A stretch of 64,000 nucleotides of DNA from Candidatus Poribacteria bacterium (GCA_965222225.1 CBDCTK010000002.1:4096001-4160000), one strand, 5' to 3'; numbered from the stretch's first letter, positions 10,041-21,534 are shown. The notes: a model not told the origin generated them from the sequence alone. Program-made: numbers and translations.

Positions 10041-10934
10041 ATGAAAAACCCTGAAATTCCCAACGAGCAGCCGAATGCCAAGATGATTGCCTTCGCTTTG
10101 ATGCTTGCGGTGCTTTGGGGTGGAAATTCGGTATCGATTAAAATTGGGCTGCAAGGTGTACCACCGTTGGCACTCGCCGGGTTTCGGTTCCTGCTCGCGC
10201 TCGTGGCGGTCACAGCGTGGTCTATCAGCCAACGTGTAACCATCCGTCTGAGCCGCGGAGAACTGGTTCCACTTATCCTATTGGGGATAGCATTCGTCCT
10301 GCAAATTATCACCCTAAATGTCGGCACACGTTTCACGTCGGCAGCGCGCTCCACAATCATGATTAACTTTTTTCCGTTCTTCACAGCACTGTTTGCGCAT
10401 TATTGGGTGCCGGGCGACCGATTATCGTTTATAAAAATCATGGGAATCGGACTGGCATTTTGTGGTATTTTCATCACTTTCGCCCCAGCCCTCCAACTTG
10501 GCGCTCACTCTTATCCCGTCGGCGATTTGATTGTTTTGATAAGCGCAAGCCTTCTCGGATTTCGAACAGTTGTCACTAAGCGTCTGATACAGTCCATTCA
10601 CCCTTATCGCTTACTCATCTGGTTGATGATTTTTAGCTTACCCTGTTTCTTCGGATTAAGTCTGCTTCTAGAAGATCAGTCCAACTACGCATTCTCGCCC
10701 GCGGTGATCGCCGCCATCCTGTATCAAGGACTCATCGTCGCGGGCTTCTGTTTTGTTTGCTGGACCTCTATTCTGAAAAAGCATAGCCCAAGCAAATTGG
10801 TGGTTCTCTCTTTTGCGACACCGATCTCGGGAATAATTTTCAGCCACCTACTATTGGCTGACGAACTCGGTTTCAGTCTGATTGCCGGTGCCACACTTGT
10901 TGCCTTCGGCATCTATCTGGTCAACAGACGATGA
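10041..10934 (+). CDS. DMT/EamA-family transporter
   Basis: About 10 TMs in two repeats; LWGGN and PPLALAGFRF motifs. Confidence 0.88.
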   Translation: MKNPEIPNEQPNAKMIAFALMLAVLWGGNSVSIKIGLQGVPPLALAGFRFLLALVAVTAWSISQRVTIRLSRGELVPLILLGIAFVLQIITLNVGTRFTSAARSTIMINFFPFFTALFAHYWVPGDRLSFIKIMGIGLAFCGIFITFAPALQLGAHSYPVGDLIVLISASLLGFRTVVTKRLIQSIHPYRLLIWLMIFSLPCFFGLSLLLEDQSNYAFSPAVIAAILYQGLIVAGFCFVCWTSILKKHSPSKLVVLSFATPISGIIFSHLLLADELGFSLIAGATLVAFGIYLVNRR

Positions 10935-11050
10935 TAGTTGAAGTGCGGGCGTGTGGTGAAGAAAACGCTATTTGCTTGATTGGCTGCTTCCTCTCGCATA
11001 GGCGGGTTGTAAGATGAATTCTTGACGACGTCAACATCAATGAACACGGA

Positions 11051-11260
11051 GTGCGAATCGTGGAGGCGCTAAATTTTCATTGCAGAATTTGGAATACCGA
11101 ACGAGAAGCCTACGGTAAACCGTTCAATGTTTGCGATCGGCACTTACAACAGATTCGAGAATCGCTTTCGGAAAACTTTGCCCCTTGCTGGATTGAACAG
11201 CTTAAGCGGACCGATGAGGCGTGTGAGGATTGCATGGCGGAGGAAGAGGAAGGATATTAA
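11051..11260 (+). CDS. Small Cys/His-rich hypothetical protein or gene remnant
   Basis: ORF only; HC, CDRH and CEDC could bind a metal. Confidence 0.25.
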   Translation: MRIVEALNFHCRIWNTEREAYGKPFNVCDRHLQQIRESLSENFAPCWIEQLKRTDEACEDCMAEEEEGY

Positions 11261-11403
11261 AGGCTATTTTCGGCGGCGCTAAGAGGCAATAATTTATTGA
11301 CCGGACGCACAGAATGGAGAGGCCTATAGATTAGTAATACCATTTCTCTATATTTACAGTGCATTGGTAGCGTCAATCAAATCTTTCTAATGCGGGGCAA
11401 GGG

Positions 11404-11438
11404 GATTTCTATCGCACTCGCTATCCGCTCGCTTGATC
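11404..11438 (-). repeat. 35-bp GATC micro-element inside a GTAG hairpin
   Basis: GATTTCTATCGCACTCGCTATCCGCTCGCTTGATC flanked by GCGGGGCAAGGG and CCCGCCTAC. Confidence 0.75.
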
Positions 11439-11705
11439 CCCGCCTACCGGGCCTGGCGTGGAAGATAACGGTTGGTATCGGTTTTTTTATAGTTGTATAA
11501 TTGAAAGACATTATACGCAATATCATTCAAGCGAAGTGGTATAAGCGTCCAGAGTCGTCGGCGCGAAAAGTGGGATGGACAATTCACTCGGTTTTTGATA
11601 GAATGGAAATAGCAATCTGAGTCCGCGTCCGGGACCTCATCGTGTGATGTGTTAAACATAGTACAATGGGTGAGGCGAATCCCCGAATGGAGAGGTTGTG
11701 ATATT

Positions 11706-12556
11706 ATGACGCCAGTGCAACGATACCTGTTTTATACGACCAGTTCATCCACCTGAGATACGTTTTAAGCCCGGAGGAATTAGAAAGGGCACAAGAAGCT
11801 GCGGACCGTTACATCAATTCGCCGCCCGAAGAAATGCCGATTGGATTCGGCGAGTGCGATGTGCACGGCAATCATTGATGGTTTGCTCGCGGTTTTGCCT
11901 TTGGTAGGGCGCTGGAACACCTAACGATGCACCCGGCGGTCTGGCCCATTGTCAAAGAGATGACTGGAAACAAACCTTGCTTCTGTCGCGGCAACTTGAT
12001 GGTGGATACAGGCGAGCATACCCCTTTTCCGCTTCACGGTGGTGGAGTCGGACACACCATGGTTTTGGGAAACAATGCCGATGGAATAAACAGTCTGCGC
12101 GGCATCGGAAATCCAGGCAACCTTTACTGTGAACTATTTGACGCTTTCTGGTATTTGACCGACGTTAATCCCGGCGATGGCGGTTTCATAGTGGTGGTCG
12201 GATTACACAAAGCTGAATTCGAGTTGCCTTATGAGCAGAAGACGTATGCGTCTGCCGAAGATCTTTCAGACGGAGTGGTGAACATTACGCGCAACGCTGG
12301 AGATTGAATCATTTCTCCCGAATCGGTCTTTCACGGCTCCCTGCAATGGGAACCCAAGGATGGAGATCATTGGTTTATTGTTAGGCGATACGCGTCTCAG
12401 TATCAACAAGCATTTCACCTTGAGGAGGATTGGCCCGAAAATCTGGCGCCGAAGTTTCTTGAGTGACTGCCTCCCGAAACACGAGACTTGCTAAAGGTCG
12501 CGTGGCGTCCGCACGACTATCATATTACCAAACGCGATGAAATCCGTTTGAAATAG
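11706..12556 (+). pseudogene. Phytanoyl-CoA dioxygenase (PhyH)-family pseudogene
   Basis: MTPVQRYLF start; fragments HPAVWPIVKE, LHGG, WYLTDVNPGDGGF..HKA, HGSLQW. Several frameshifts and stops. Confidence 0.75.
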
Positions 12557-12639
12557 ATGTGATTTCTGTACAAGGGGCCTCGGTAAGGGGGCGCGAGGCA
12601 CTTCTCGCTCGAATTGGATTTCAAATCCCGATTTCCTAA

Positions 12640-13815
12640 ATGAAGATAAAACAGCTACGCACCGTATCCGTCAAGATTCCCACACCCTCTCCCAAATCGA
12701 CGGCGCGGCGTCCCAGTTGGAACGAACGCGCCCCTCGCGCATTCCCGATTAACAAATACCCGGAGTTTTCCGGATTTCACACAACTACGCCCGGCTCCAA
12801 ACTCAACACCCCTGTTTGGGTTCAGGTGACTGCGGACGATGGAACGTGGGGGTTAGGACGATGCGGTTTTGGAGAACCTGTTGCCGCGTTGATTGACTCG
12901 CACTTTGCACCGTTGATCGAAGGTCGAGACCCAATGGCGTTGGAATACTTGAACGACCTTATGTGGCGTTCCACGCAACTCTTCGGGGCAAGCGGAATTT
13001 CGGCTGTGGCTCAGTCCGGCATCGACTTGGCTTTGTGGGATTTGAAAGGGAAGATACTCAATCAGCCGGTGTATAAGCTACTCGGCGGTCCTTCGCGAGA
13101 AAAAGTGGCGCTCTACTGCACATCGGATGACCTTGATTGGTCGAAAGAGTTGGGATTCAGGGCGTTCAAAATCAGCAATCCCGTGAATTATGAGATGGGA
13201 GTTGAAGGCTTGGATCTCTTGGAGGAAAAAATCGCGAAAGCACGGGAGGAGGTTGGACCAAGCGCCGAGTTAATGTTTAATCCGGTGATGTCCTTCAATG
13301 TCGAATTTACGCTTCGGTTGGCTGAGCGGTTGAGACCATACGGGTTGCGCTGGCTGGAGGAGCCTTTAATTCCGAGCGATCTGGAAGGTCATATCGAGTT
13401 AAAACGTGCAATTACGTGGATACCTCTCGCCACAGGAGAGCACCATCACAGGCGTCAAACGTTCCGACAGTTGGTTGAGAACCGAGCGGTAGACATCGTC
13501 CAGCCCGATATTGCCTGGTGTGGAGGGTTGTCCGAAGCTATCAAGATTTACACCATCGCGGAAGCCGCGGGTATTAGTACAATCCCGCATACGGGAGCCG
13601 GCACGCCTTGGGGACAGCACTTCGGAATTGCCATGCCCGAATCGCCGATGGCAGAGTTCTGGATGGGTTCGGATCCTGGTGTTCCGCTCGACGAAGTGTG
13701 CCCGATTCCGGGGGTGCCGATGCCCGTGAATGGCGATGTGATTCCGTCGGATGCCCCGGGCTTTGGCATGGAAATCGCCGCGGATTGGATTGAGCCTTAT
13801 CGAGCCAATTCTTAA
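12640..13815 (+). CDS. Mandelate racemase/enolase superfamily, L-rhamnonate dehydratase-like
   Basis: SGIDLALWDLKGK, WLEEPL, ATGEH, DIVQPDIAWCGGLSE, PGFG. Confidence 0.88.
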   Translation: MKIKQLRTVSVKIPTPSPKSTARRPSWNERAPRAFPINKYPEFSGFHTTTPGSKLNTPVWVQVTADDGTWGLGRCGFGEPVAALIDSHFAPLIEGRDPMALEYLNDLMWRSTQLFGASGISAVAQSGIDLALWDLKGKILNQPVYKLLGGPSREKVALYCTSDDLDWSKELGFRAFKISNPVNYEMGVEGLDLLEEKIAKAREEVGPSAELMFNPVMSFNVEFTLRLAERLRPYGLRWLEEPLIPSDLEGHIELKRAITWIPLATGEHHHRRQTFRQLVENRAVDIVQPDIAWCGGLSEAIKIYTIAEAAGISTIPHTGAGTPWGQHFGIAMPESPMAEFWMGSDPGVPLDEVCPIPGVPMPVNGDVIPSDAPGFGMEIAADWIEPYRANS

Positions 13816-13950
13816 AACCGAATCCATAGGATTGACGGTACCTCTAACGTTGGAATGCCTCATAGGCTTGGTGTATAGCGGAATCGAACCGGAGACATCT
13901 TTCGTGTTTCACGCCCCAAATCTCAATCTTTAACACAAAGGAAGTAATCA

Positions 13951-15501
13951 ATGCAATTTGACTACATCATCCAAGGCGGGAACGTTGTAGACGGTACCGG
14001 CAAACGTGACCCGTTCCCAGCGGATGTCGGAGTCGTTCAGAACGAAATTGCCGCTATCGGGAAACTTGATGCCGCACAGGCGAGACGTATAATTTATGCA
14101 CAGGGCAAAGTTGTCAGTCCGGGGTTTATCGACGTTCACATTCATTCCGAGATTGCTCTATTGGGTGGAAGGGACCAAATGGGGAGTGTCCGTCAGGGGG
14201 TAACGACGCAACTTAGCGCACCCGACGGTTTTGGATGGGCACCTCTTCCCCCAAAACAGATAAGAGAGCTATGGCATTACACCCAGTTTGCTTACGGGGA
14301 TGCAGAACTTTCGTTCGATTGGAAGTGTGCCAAGGATTACCTGGGTATTTTTCCGGGGAACATTCCCGCGAACCTCTATCCACAAGTGCCGCATTGTGCC
14401 GTACGCTTGGAAGCGATGGGGTGGGATCCGCGACCTGCGACCGACGCAGATTTAACGCGCATGGAGGAAACTACCCGCGAATGGTTGGAGGCGGGGGCAG
14501 GTTGTCTCTGTCTGGGGCTTGACTATCAGCCTAGCGCGAACGCGGACCTTAGGGAACTTGTGACGCTGTCAAAACTTGCCGCCTCCTATGGCGCGATATA
14601 TGCCGCGCATATCCGTTACCAGCAGATTGGTCGAAAGAGAGCCTGGGAAGAGACTATCGAGTTGGCTAAGCAATCCGGGATTCCCGTTCATATTTCGCAT
14701 GAGCGCGTGGATGCAGAGTCTGCGGAGTTGTTGGATCGCGTGGATAGCGAAGACATCGACCTGACCTTTGAATCCTACCTTTATCCGGCGGGAATGACGC
14801 ACCTCTCGATGATGTTGCCGCTGAGATTTCAGGTGGGAAACATGGAAGCACGGATGGAAGTTTTGAAGCAGCCGGAGACGCGACAAGAATCCCTCCCCCA
14901 CCTCCAAGAAAGCCTAGGAGAGCGTGGCGATCAGATTATCGGTTATACGGCTTCCGGTCGTTATATCGGCATGACGCTCGCCGAAGCAGCGGAGAGCGAG
15001 AATAAGCCGTGGGTAGAGTTTGCTTACGATCTTACGATTGAAGAAAACGGAGTAGAGACATTAATCTTCCCGTGGCAGACACCACGTGAAGAATTTCAGT
15101 CAACCCTGGATCAGACGGCGGTACATCCTCGAATGATGATTGCGAGTGATGGGGTTTATAACATACCTCACCCTCATCCCCGTGGTTACGGTTGTTTTGT
15201 GCAATATCTCGGGCGCTATGTACGTGAACGGAAGCTAGTCTCGTTGGAGGAAGCCGTATACAAAATGAGCGGATTTCCGGCAGAACGTTTCGGAATAAAG
15301 GACCGTGGGAGGATTGCCAAGGGGTTGGCGGCGGATGTGGTTGTCTTCGATCCGGAAACCGTTTCAGACCGTTCGACTTGGAAGAACCCGATAGAACCAC
15401 CCGTCGGCGTTGACTGGGTGTTGGTCAACGGCGTGCCGGTTGTGGAGGAGGGCAGTCTGACAGGAGCCTTGCCGGGACGTGTCCTGAGACACGAGTTTTG
15501 A
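13951..15501 (+). CDS. N-acyl-D-amino-acid deacylase-like amidohydrolase
   Basis: PGFIDVHIHSE, QGVTT, AHIR, HISH, ASDG, HPRGYG, GLAADVVVFDP. Confidence 0.88.
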   Translation: MQFDYIIQGGNVVDGTGKRDPFPADVGVVQNEIAAIGKLDAAQARRIIYAQGKVVSPGFIDVHIHSEIALLGGRDQMGSVRQGVTTQLSAPDGFGWAPLPPKQIRELWHYTQFAYGDAELSFDWKCAKDYLGIFPGNIPANLYPQVPHCAVRLEAMGWDPRPATDADLTRMEETTREWLEAGAGCLCLGLDYQPSANADLRELVTLSKLAASYGAIYAAHIRYQQIGRKRAWEETIELAKQSGIPVHISHERVDAESAELLDRVDSEDIDLTFESYLYPAGMTHLSMMLPLRFQVGNMEARMEVLKQPETRQESLPHLQESLGERGDQIIGYTASGRYIGMTLAEAAESENKPWVEFAYDLTIEENGVETLIFPWQTPREEFQSTLDQTAVHPRMMIASDGVYNIPHPHPRGYGCFVQYLGRYVRERKLVSLEEAVYKMSGFPAERFGIKDRGRIAKGLAADVVVFDPETVSDRSTWKNPIEPPVGVDWVLVNGVPVVEEGSLTGALPGRVLRHEF

Positions 15502-15510
15502 ACTGCGCAA

Positions 15511-16317
15511 ATGGTTATTGAAGAGATGTTGGGGTGTCTGCGAATTGACGGATGGTGTGTGGTACCGGATGTCATTCCTCAAGTTCAAATCGCCCCCATA
15601 CGCAAAAACGTTGAGGAAACGACATACGCGCACGGCATCAAGACTAGGGCAGATGGAGTGGCAGCCTGCAAGGGACTGTTGGCTTTTGACCAGTCGTTTG
15701 CTCCCTGTCTTGCCGACGAGCGTATCTTGGGGATAGCAGCGGCATTGTTCGGGCCACACGTACGAATCTCCTTTACGACTACCCACATCAACCTTCCCGG
15801 TAATGCGCGCGGCGGTTGGCACGCAGATTGGCCGTTCAATCAAAATAATGCGGGCCATATCCCTGCGCCCTATCCCGACGTCGTCATGCACCTGACTGAC
15901 GATATGGATGCTCTCGCCATTCACTACCGAGACGGGAGCTAACTTAATCGTGCCCGGCAGCCACCGAGCAAACAACAATCCCACCGGAAACAACGGAGTC
16001 GATCCCCTCGAACAGTATCCGGCGGAGACGCAGGCTATCGGAAATGCTGGGAGTGTGTGATGTTCGAGGGCCGGATGTGGCACGCCGCAGCAGTGAATCA
16101 CAGTGACAAACCGAGGGTCGGACTAGTCGTGCGATACGCGCCATGGTGGCTGAACTTGGACGTCTTGGACGTATTGAGGCCCGGTTCGGTGGAGCGAAGA
16201 CGCATGGTGGACGAAACAGGGCGACAAGATAATGAAGTCCTGCCGGTTCCCCTTCGTGTCTACGAGGCGCTCCCGGCAAACGTCCAGCCACTCTTCCGGC
16301 ACTGGGTGGAACATTAG
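15511..16317 (+). pseudogene. PhyH-family dioxygenase pseudogene
   Basis: WHADWP, then a frameshift at ~15897 (CTGACTGACGATA) into IWMLSPF...VPGSHR, a second frameshift at ~16057, then MWHAA..N..RVG. Short duplication LDVLDVL. Confidence 0.8.
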
Positions 16318-16385
16318 TTAAGTTTTTCGGCGCTTTCGCCACCTGTTACGATACAAAGATTGACAATTCGGGAAGGACAGAACCG

Positions 16386-17819
16386 ATGGCACAACCCAAT
16401 GTACTGCTTATCTGCACCGATCATTGGCCAGGACCGTTGTTGGGGACTATGGGACACGATCGGATTCTGACGCCAACGCTCAACGAACTTGCGAACAATG
16501 GCGTATGCTTTACGCGAGCCTATACCGCGACGCCAACGTGTATCCCGGCCCGGCGCGCCTTGATGACGGGCACTACCGCCCAAACACACGGAGATCGGGT
16601 TTTCAATGAATACCTCCCAATGGACCCCAAGCTGCCAACGATGCCGCAGACCTTCCGAAACGCGGGTTATCAAGCGTACGCAGTGGGTAAACTCCACGTA
16701 TACCCGCAACGCAATCGCATCGGTTTTGACGAAGTAATTCTCTGCGAGGAGGGGAGGCATCAATTCGGCGGGGTGGTAGACGATTTCGAGCGTTTTCTTG
16801 AACGGGAGGGCTACGCAGGATACGAATTTACCCACGCGATGGGCAGCAACGAATACTGTACGCGTCCGTGGCACTTGCCGGAGCATTGCCACCCAACCAA
16901 TTGGACCACGCGAGAAATGTGTTACACCATCCATCGCCGCGATCCCACCCGCTCAGCTTTCTGGTACTGCTCCTACACGGCACCGCATCCGCCGATAACT
17001 CCGCCGCGCGACTATTTCGACATGTATCAACGCCCCGGTGTAGACGAACCTGTTGTCGGCGATTGGGCAAAAAATTTCGATAAGCTGCCCTATGCGCTCA
17101 AGATGCATATTGAGAGAATCTCTGCCCCGAATCCTACCGAGACGATTCTGGCTCGGATGGGATTCTATGCGCAGTGCACCTATATTGACCACCAGATTCG
17201 ACTCTTGATTGGAACACTGCGCGAAGAGGGGGTATTGGACAACACAATCGTTATGTTGGTTTCGGATCATGGCGACATGCTTGGCAACCACAATCTGTGG
17301 GCGAAACCACCAATGTTTGAGTGGTCTGCGAGAATCCCAATGGTTCTTATGCCAACAGCCGATTGTGATCGTATCGGACACCACCGGAGAGATGATCGTC
17401 TAGCGGAGTTACGAGATGTGATGCCCACGCTGTTGGATCTGTGTGACATCCCGATACCGGGGACGGTGGAGGGGTATTCGTTGGCGTCGAACGAGCAGCG
17501 CGATCATCTTTACTGCGAACACTATGAAGACGAGAGAGCCATGCGAATGATTCGATCCGAGCAGTACAAACTCATCTGGTATCCAACCGGCAATCGAGTT
17601 CAACTCTTCGACCTCGAAAAGGATCCGCAGGAGATGTACAACCTCTCCGATTTCCCCAAATATGCGGATGTACGCGAGCGCTTAACAGATCTGCTAATTC
17701 AGAACCTCTATGGCCGCGATCTAGAGTGGGTAAAAGATGGACGGCTGGTGGGAGAGCCGGACAAACTGTTCGTGTCTTCACCAAATCGTGATTTGGCTGG
17801 GCAGCGCGGCTGGCGGTGA
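16386..17819 (+). CDS. Cys-type sulfatase (arylsulfatase/choline sulfatase-like)
   Basis: PNVLLICTDH, CIPARRALMTG formylglycine motif, GKLH, SDHGDMLG, LFDLEKDPQE. Confidence 0.92.
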   Translation: MAQPNVLLICTDHWPGPLLGTMGHDRILTPTLNELANNGVCFTRAYTATPTCIPARRALMTGTTAQTHGDRVFNEYLPMDPKLPTMPQTFRNAGYQAYAVGKLHVYPQRNRIGFDEVILCEEGRHQFGGVVDDFERFLEREGYAGYEFTHAMGSNEYCTRPWHLPEHCHPTNWTTREMCYTIHRRDPTRSAFWYCSYTAPHPPITPPRDYFDMYQRPGVDEPVVGDWAKNFDKLPYALKMHIERISAPNPTETILARMGFYAQCTYIDHQIRLLIGTLREEGVLDNTIVMLVSDHGDMLGNHNLWAKPPMFEWSARIPMVLMPTADCDRIGHHRRDDRLAELRDVMPTLLDLCDIPIPGTVEGYSLASNEQRDHLYCEHYEDERAMRMIRSEQYKLIWYPTGNRVQLFDLEKDPQEMYNLSDFPKYADVRERLTDLLIQNLYGRDLEWVKDGRLVGEPDKLFVSSPNRDLAGQRGWR

Positions 17820-17861
17820 ATCAGGTTTTGTAGTGAAATCAATAACTGTTAATACACTGTG

Positions 17862-17886
17862 GTAGGTTCGGTTTCCTAACCGAACC
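17862..17886. repeat. GTAG-type REP-like hairpin
   Basis: GTAGGTTCGGTTTCCTAACCGAACC. Confidence 0.6.
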
Positions 17887-17921
17887 GGTATTTATCCAGT
17901 CTCGTAGAGCGGTTGGAAAGA

Positions 17922-17956
17922 GATCTCTGTCGCCCTTGCTGTTCACTCGGTTGATT
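17922..17956 (-). repeat. 35-bp GATC micro-element
   Basis: GATCTCTGTCGCCCTTGCTGTTCACTCGGTTGATT between GCGGTTGGAAAGA and GCCTACC. Confidence 0.7.
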
Positions 17957-18059
17957 GCCTACCGAAATATGTGTAAATATGAATGGAATTGACTATAATC
18001 GGGAACGTGAATTGAAGGTGTGTCGTTTTGAAATGGTAAAGGTAGGGCTTACTTGATGC

Positions 18060-19071
18060 TTACTGCGCTGATTTGATGTCGTAGTCAACCAATTCTGCGA
18101 TCCCGTTAGGAGTTTCGATTTTGACAGGGCCGACACTTGGGGCGAGCCACATCGTTTGCAAATTCAGGTTTTGCATTAGACTCGGAAGGAGTTTTGTTAG
18201 TTCGCTGTTAAGCTCATCTTCCAAATGCTCAAGGAGCGCCTTGTTTTGGTCTTTAGTATAATCGCGGGCATTCCACGCGCCTATTTCATACACCAGCGTT
18301 TCGACAGGCGTTGCCTCTGCGCTATATTCAAGTTTCAGACAGTTCTCGAATCTGCCTGTGGACGTCGTTACCGCGGGCTCAAAAGACGTAGTTCCCCATA
18401 TACGTATGTCAACTTCAAAATCGTGGATGTAATTTCTAGGGATAAAGTTGTAGTACCCAGTTATCGTCATATGAATTACTTTTCTTTTTTGGGGGTAATC
18501 GGGTGGGAAATGCAGCAAAGTAAAATCACTGTGCTCAATGACCTTTATTTTGGAGTAAAACAGGAAGACTAAGACGCTGTCGTGTGCTTTTGGTGTGGTC
18601 CACACTCCGTTAATGTATACATGATGGCGTCTTCCAAAGCCCGAGGAATCGTCTTCGCTCTGCAGGACAGTTTGCCAAATAGCGTCGTTTATGTCGTTTT
18701 TCTTGTTTAGGAGGAAAATGCCGTCTGAGGCAACCACATTAGGTAGGTGATTTGATAAAATCGGGATGCTTGTCTGCGAGAGGCGGATTATAGGTGAAAG
18801 AATAGTAGGAATCGTGCTCAATAATTTCCGACTGGGCGACCTCGCGCGACCATTCGGAGCCGTCGGGATTTCGGTAAACCCAGCGGTTACCGAGAGACAT
18901 GGGAAAATAAATGGTGGACGCGTCGGCACTACTTTCCCCGCCCAAGGTTGTACCTCTGATGTTGTCGATTGGTTCGTCACCACAGCCAAAAGACAATAGG
19001 ATAACGGCAAAGGCAACAACTAGCGTAAAACAGCGAGGAACTGTAGGTGTAAACGGGGTGCGATGGAGCAT
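18060..19071 (-). pseudogene. Frameshifted tandem duplicate of the adjacent lipoprotein gene
   Basis: ORFs 18739..19071 and 18060..19019 together align with 19078..20091. One extra base at ~18740 (ACATTAGG versus ACATAGG in the paralog). Confidence 0.85.
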
Positions 19072-19077
19072 CTCACT

Positions 19078-20073
19078 CTAGGGTGCTATCTGGTAGTCAA
19101 TCAATTCGGCGATGCCGTTAGGAGTTTCGATTTTTACGGGACCGACGTCCGGGGCGAGCCACATGGTTTGCAAATTGAGGTTTTGCATTAGACTCGTAAG
19201 AAGCTTTGTTAGTTCGCTGTTAAGCTCATCTTCTAAATGCTCAAGAAGCGACTTGTGTTTGCCTTCATCCCAGCGGGCATTCCGCCCGCCTATTTCATAC
19301 AGCAGCGTTTCGACAGGCGTTGCCTCCACGCTGTATTCAAGTTTCAGACAGTTCTCGAATCTGCCTATGGACGTCGTTACCACGGGCTCAAAAGATGTGG
19401 TATTCCATATACGCACTTTAGCTTCAAAACCGTGGACGTAACTCCTAGGGTCGTGGTCGTCGTCGTTGTTCCCACTTATCGTCATACGGATTACTTTACT
19501 CGTTTGGGTGTAATGGGTGTAATCGGACGGGAAATGCAGCAAAGCAAAATCACTGTGCTCAGTAACCTTTATTCTGGAGTAACCCAGGAAGACTAACATG
19601 TCTTCGTGCTCTCGTCGTGTGGTCCACACTCCTTTACTGTATTTCTGCGAAAATCCCCAGCCCGTGCCCAGGCTCTGCAGGACAGTTTGCCAAACAGCGT
19701 CGTTTATGTCGTTTTTCTTGTTTAGGAGGAAAATGCCGTCTGGTGCAACGACATAGGTAGGCGATTTGATAAAATCGGGATGCTTGTCTGCGAGTGGCGG
19801 ATTGTAGGTGAAAGAATGGTAGGAATTGTGCTCAATAATTTCCGACTGGACCTGGACGATCTCGCGCGACCATTCGGAGCCGTCGGGGGTTCGGTAAACC
19901 CAGCGGTTACCGGTAGACATGGGGAAGTAAATCGTGGAGGGTGGGTCGTCACTACTTTCCTCGTCCGAGGTTCTGGTGTTGTCGATTGGTTCGTCGCTGC
20001 ATCCAAAAGACAGTAGGATAACAGCAAAGGCAACAACTAGCGTAAAATAGCGAGGGGTTGTAGGTGTAAACAT
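19078..20073 (-). CDS. Putative lipoprotein of unknown function
   Basis: Lipobox LLSFGC; YFPMSTGNRWVY, VTTSIGRFENCLK and WLAPDVGPVK motifs. GGAGG precedes ATG 20073. Confidence 0.75.
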   Translation of the reverse strand: MFTPTTPRYFTLVVAFAVILLSFGCSDEPIDNTRTSDEESSDDPPSTIYFPMSTGNRWVYRTPDGSEWSREIVQVQSEIIEHNSYHSFTYNPPLADKHPDFIKSPTYVVAPDGIFLLNKKNDINDAVWQTVLQSLGTGWGFSQKYSKGVWTTRREHEDMLVFLGYSRIKVTEHSDFALLHFPSDYTHYTQTSKVIRMTISGNNDDDHDPRSYVHGFEAKVRIWNTTSFEPVVTTSIGRFENCLKLEYSVEATPVETLLYEIGGRNARWDEGKHKSLLEHLEDELNSELTKLLTSLMQNLNLQTMWLAPDVGPVKIETPNGIAELIDYQIAP

Positions 20074-20090
20074 TATTGCCTCCAAGGCCA

Positions 20091-20128
20091 TCTAGTAAAC
20101 GCCTCGGTACGCCAAGGCGTTTACTAGA
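20091..20128. other. Intercistronic 14-bp perfect stem-loop
   Basis: TCTAGTAAACGCCT-N10-AGGCGTTTACTAGA, no U-tract. Confidence 0.6.
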
Positions 20129-20148
20129 CACCAAGTTATGCCCCATCT

Positions 20149-20543
20149 TTAGGGAAAATGATTCTCACACGCATTGGCCTCCTCCTCTATTTCTTCTCTT
20201 GTACCGTCGGGGTGTTGAATGGTGCGCCATCCATCGACGTGAGATGACGCATGAGCGTCGGTGTTTACGTGCTTCTTATGTTTATGGGCAGTAATGGTGC
20301 CGCCGCCATTAGCATAGTTCCAACCCTCCTTGTCCTTGTCCTTGTCGGTACCAACTCTTGCATACACCTCCCAAAATCCATTGTTAAGCCCATAATTAGA
20401 CGCATAAGCGTCTGCATAAGTCCTAGGCGCACTACCGCTGTTTGTGATCCTGCACCTTGGTAAATACTCCATGAATATGCGATTTTGACGATTGTGAAGG
20501 CCAGGAATAAGGCTGGAATAGCGAACATAATGAGTTTCTTCAT
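20149..20543 (-). pseudogene. Small secreted protein gene, apparently frameshifted near 20440
   Basis: Signal peptide MKKLIMFAIPALFLAFTIVKIAYS lies in one frame and a plausible mature region (TYADAYASNYG...ACENHFP) in another. Confidence 0.55.
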
Positions 20544-20569
20544 AGTATTTTTCCTTCTGTTAAAAGATG

Positions 20570-21478
20570 TTAATCTTCCTCAGCGAGAAAGGTGTCGGGG
20601 TAATACCCGGCATCTGCATAATCAACAAATTTCACACCCGGGTATTTGTTCTTCCACTCTCCCGTGATGAAATCGTCAGTGTCGAATGGCCTAGCCTGCG
20701 ATCCTAATGAAGATACAATCATCCTGAATGTGACGACATTTCCATCTCCATTATCAATAATCTCGTCTGCCCATTGGACATACAGTACATCAGGGTAGAT
20801 AGGATAGACTTTGCCATCGTTGTGTCCGAAAGCGCCATCTATAAAACCGCGTTCTCCCTGATTCCAGAGTTTTATCAAGACACGGCATATCAACTCGTGT
20901 TCGGGCATGTCTCCCTTTTTGTAGCCGGGCATGCCTAACCAGACGGGTATGAGGTGTGAGGGAAAACCTTCGGGAACGGGTGGGAAATCGCTGTTTTCCT
21001 CGGCGGCTTCCTCATCAAGCGCCAGCAACACGGCTTCAAAATCTGTATCATCAAAGTCGTTGTCTTGGCTTAACGACTCTGTGCTGGCGAATTCGAGACT
21101 GGCGGTGGTTGTACTATCCGTTGTAGATTCATCACCGGACGCCTTCGGTGCATAGGCGCGCTTTGGTGGCTGCAAAGCACGCTTGAGGATCTCGGCACGC
21201 TCCGGATTAGGCTTAGGCAAGGCATAAACCGTCTTGGGTTCGACAGGTTGGCTCGCACGCCATACCAAGAATGTACCTAGCGCGACACAAAGCAACACAA
21301 CTAGAACGCCGGCATATAGGCAGTACTTCTTAACGAAAACCATATTAGCTATCGCCCTCCCTATTCGGTCGGTTGATCCTTTCTCACTGAGTGGAATTGA
21401 AGCACCGAGATCCATTAATGACAAATCAACGATTCTCCGCAAAGCAAAGAATCCGGTTTGAGATAACCATCCGTTCAT
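20570..21478 (-). CDS. Hypothetical membrane-anchored protein (real start probably MVFVKKY)
   Basis: Single N-terminal TM, acidic low-complexity linker, globular C-terminal domain (FPPVPEGFP, LIKLWNQG). Confidence 0.6.
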   Translation of the reverse strand: MNGWLSQTGFFALRRIVDLSLMDLGASIPLSEKGSTDRIGRAIANMVFVKKYCLYAGVLVVLLCVALGTFLVWRASQPVEPKTVYALPKPNPERAEILKRALQPPKRAYAPKASGDESTTDSTTTASLEFASTESLSQDNDFDDTDFEAVLLALDEEAAEENSDFPPVPEGFPSHLIPVWLGMPGYKKGDMPEHELICRVLIKLWNQGERGFIDGAFGHNDGKVYPIYPDVLYVQWADEIIDNGDGNVVTFRMIVSSLGSQARPFDTDDFITGEWKNKYPGVKFVDYADAGYYPDTFLAEED

Positions 21479-21518
21479 GCGGAACGGCTATCGACTCACG
21501 TTTCGTTAATGTATTACC

Positions 21519-21534
21519 GCAAACCCTATGCCAA
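21519..21534 (-). promoter_or_regulatory. Sigma54 (-24/-12) promoter
   Basis: TTGGCATAGGGTTTGC on the minus strand, exact GG-N10-GC spacing, just downstream of a sigma54-activator remnant. Confidence 0.65.
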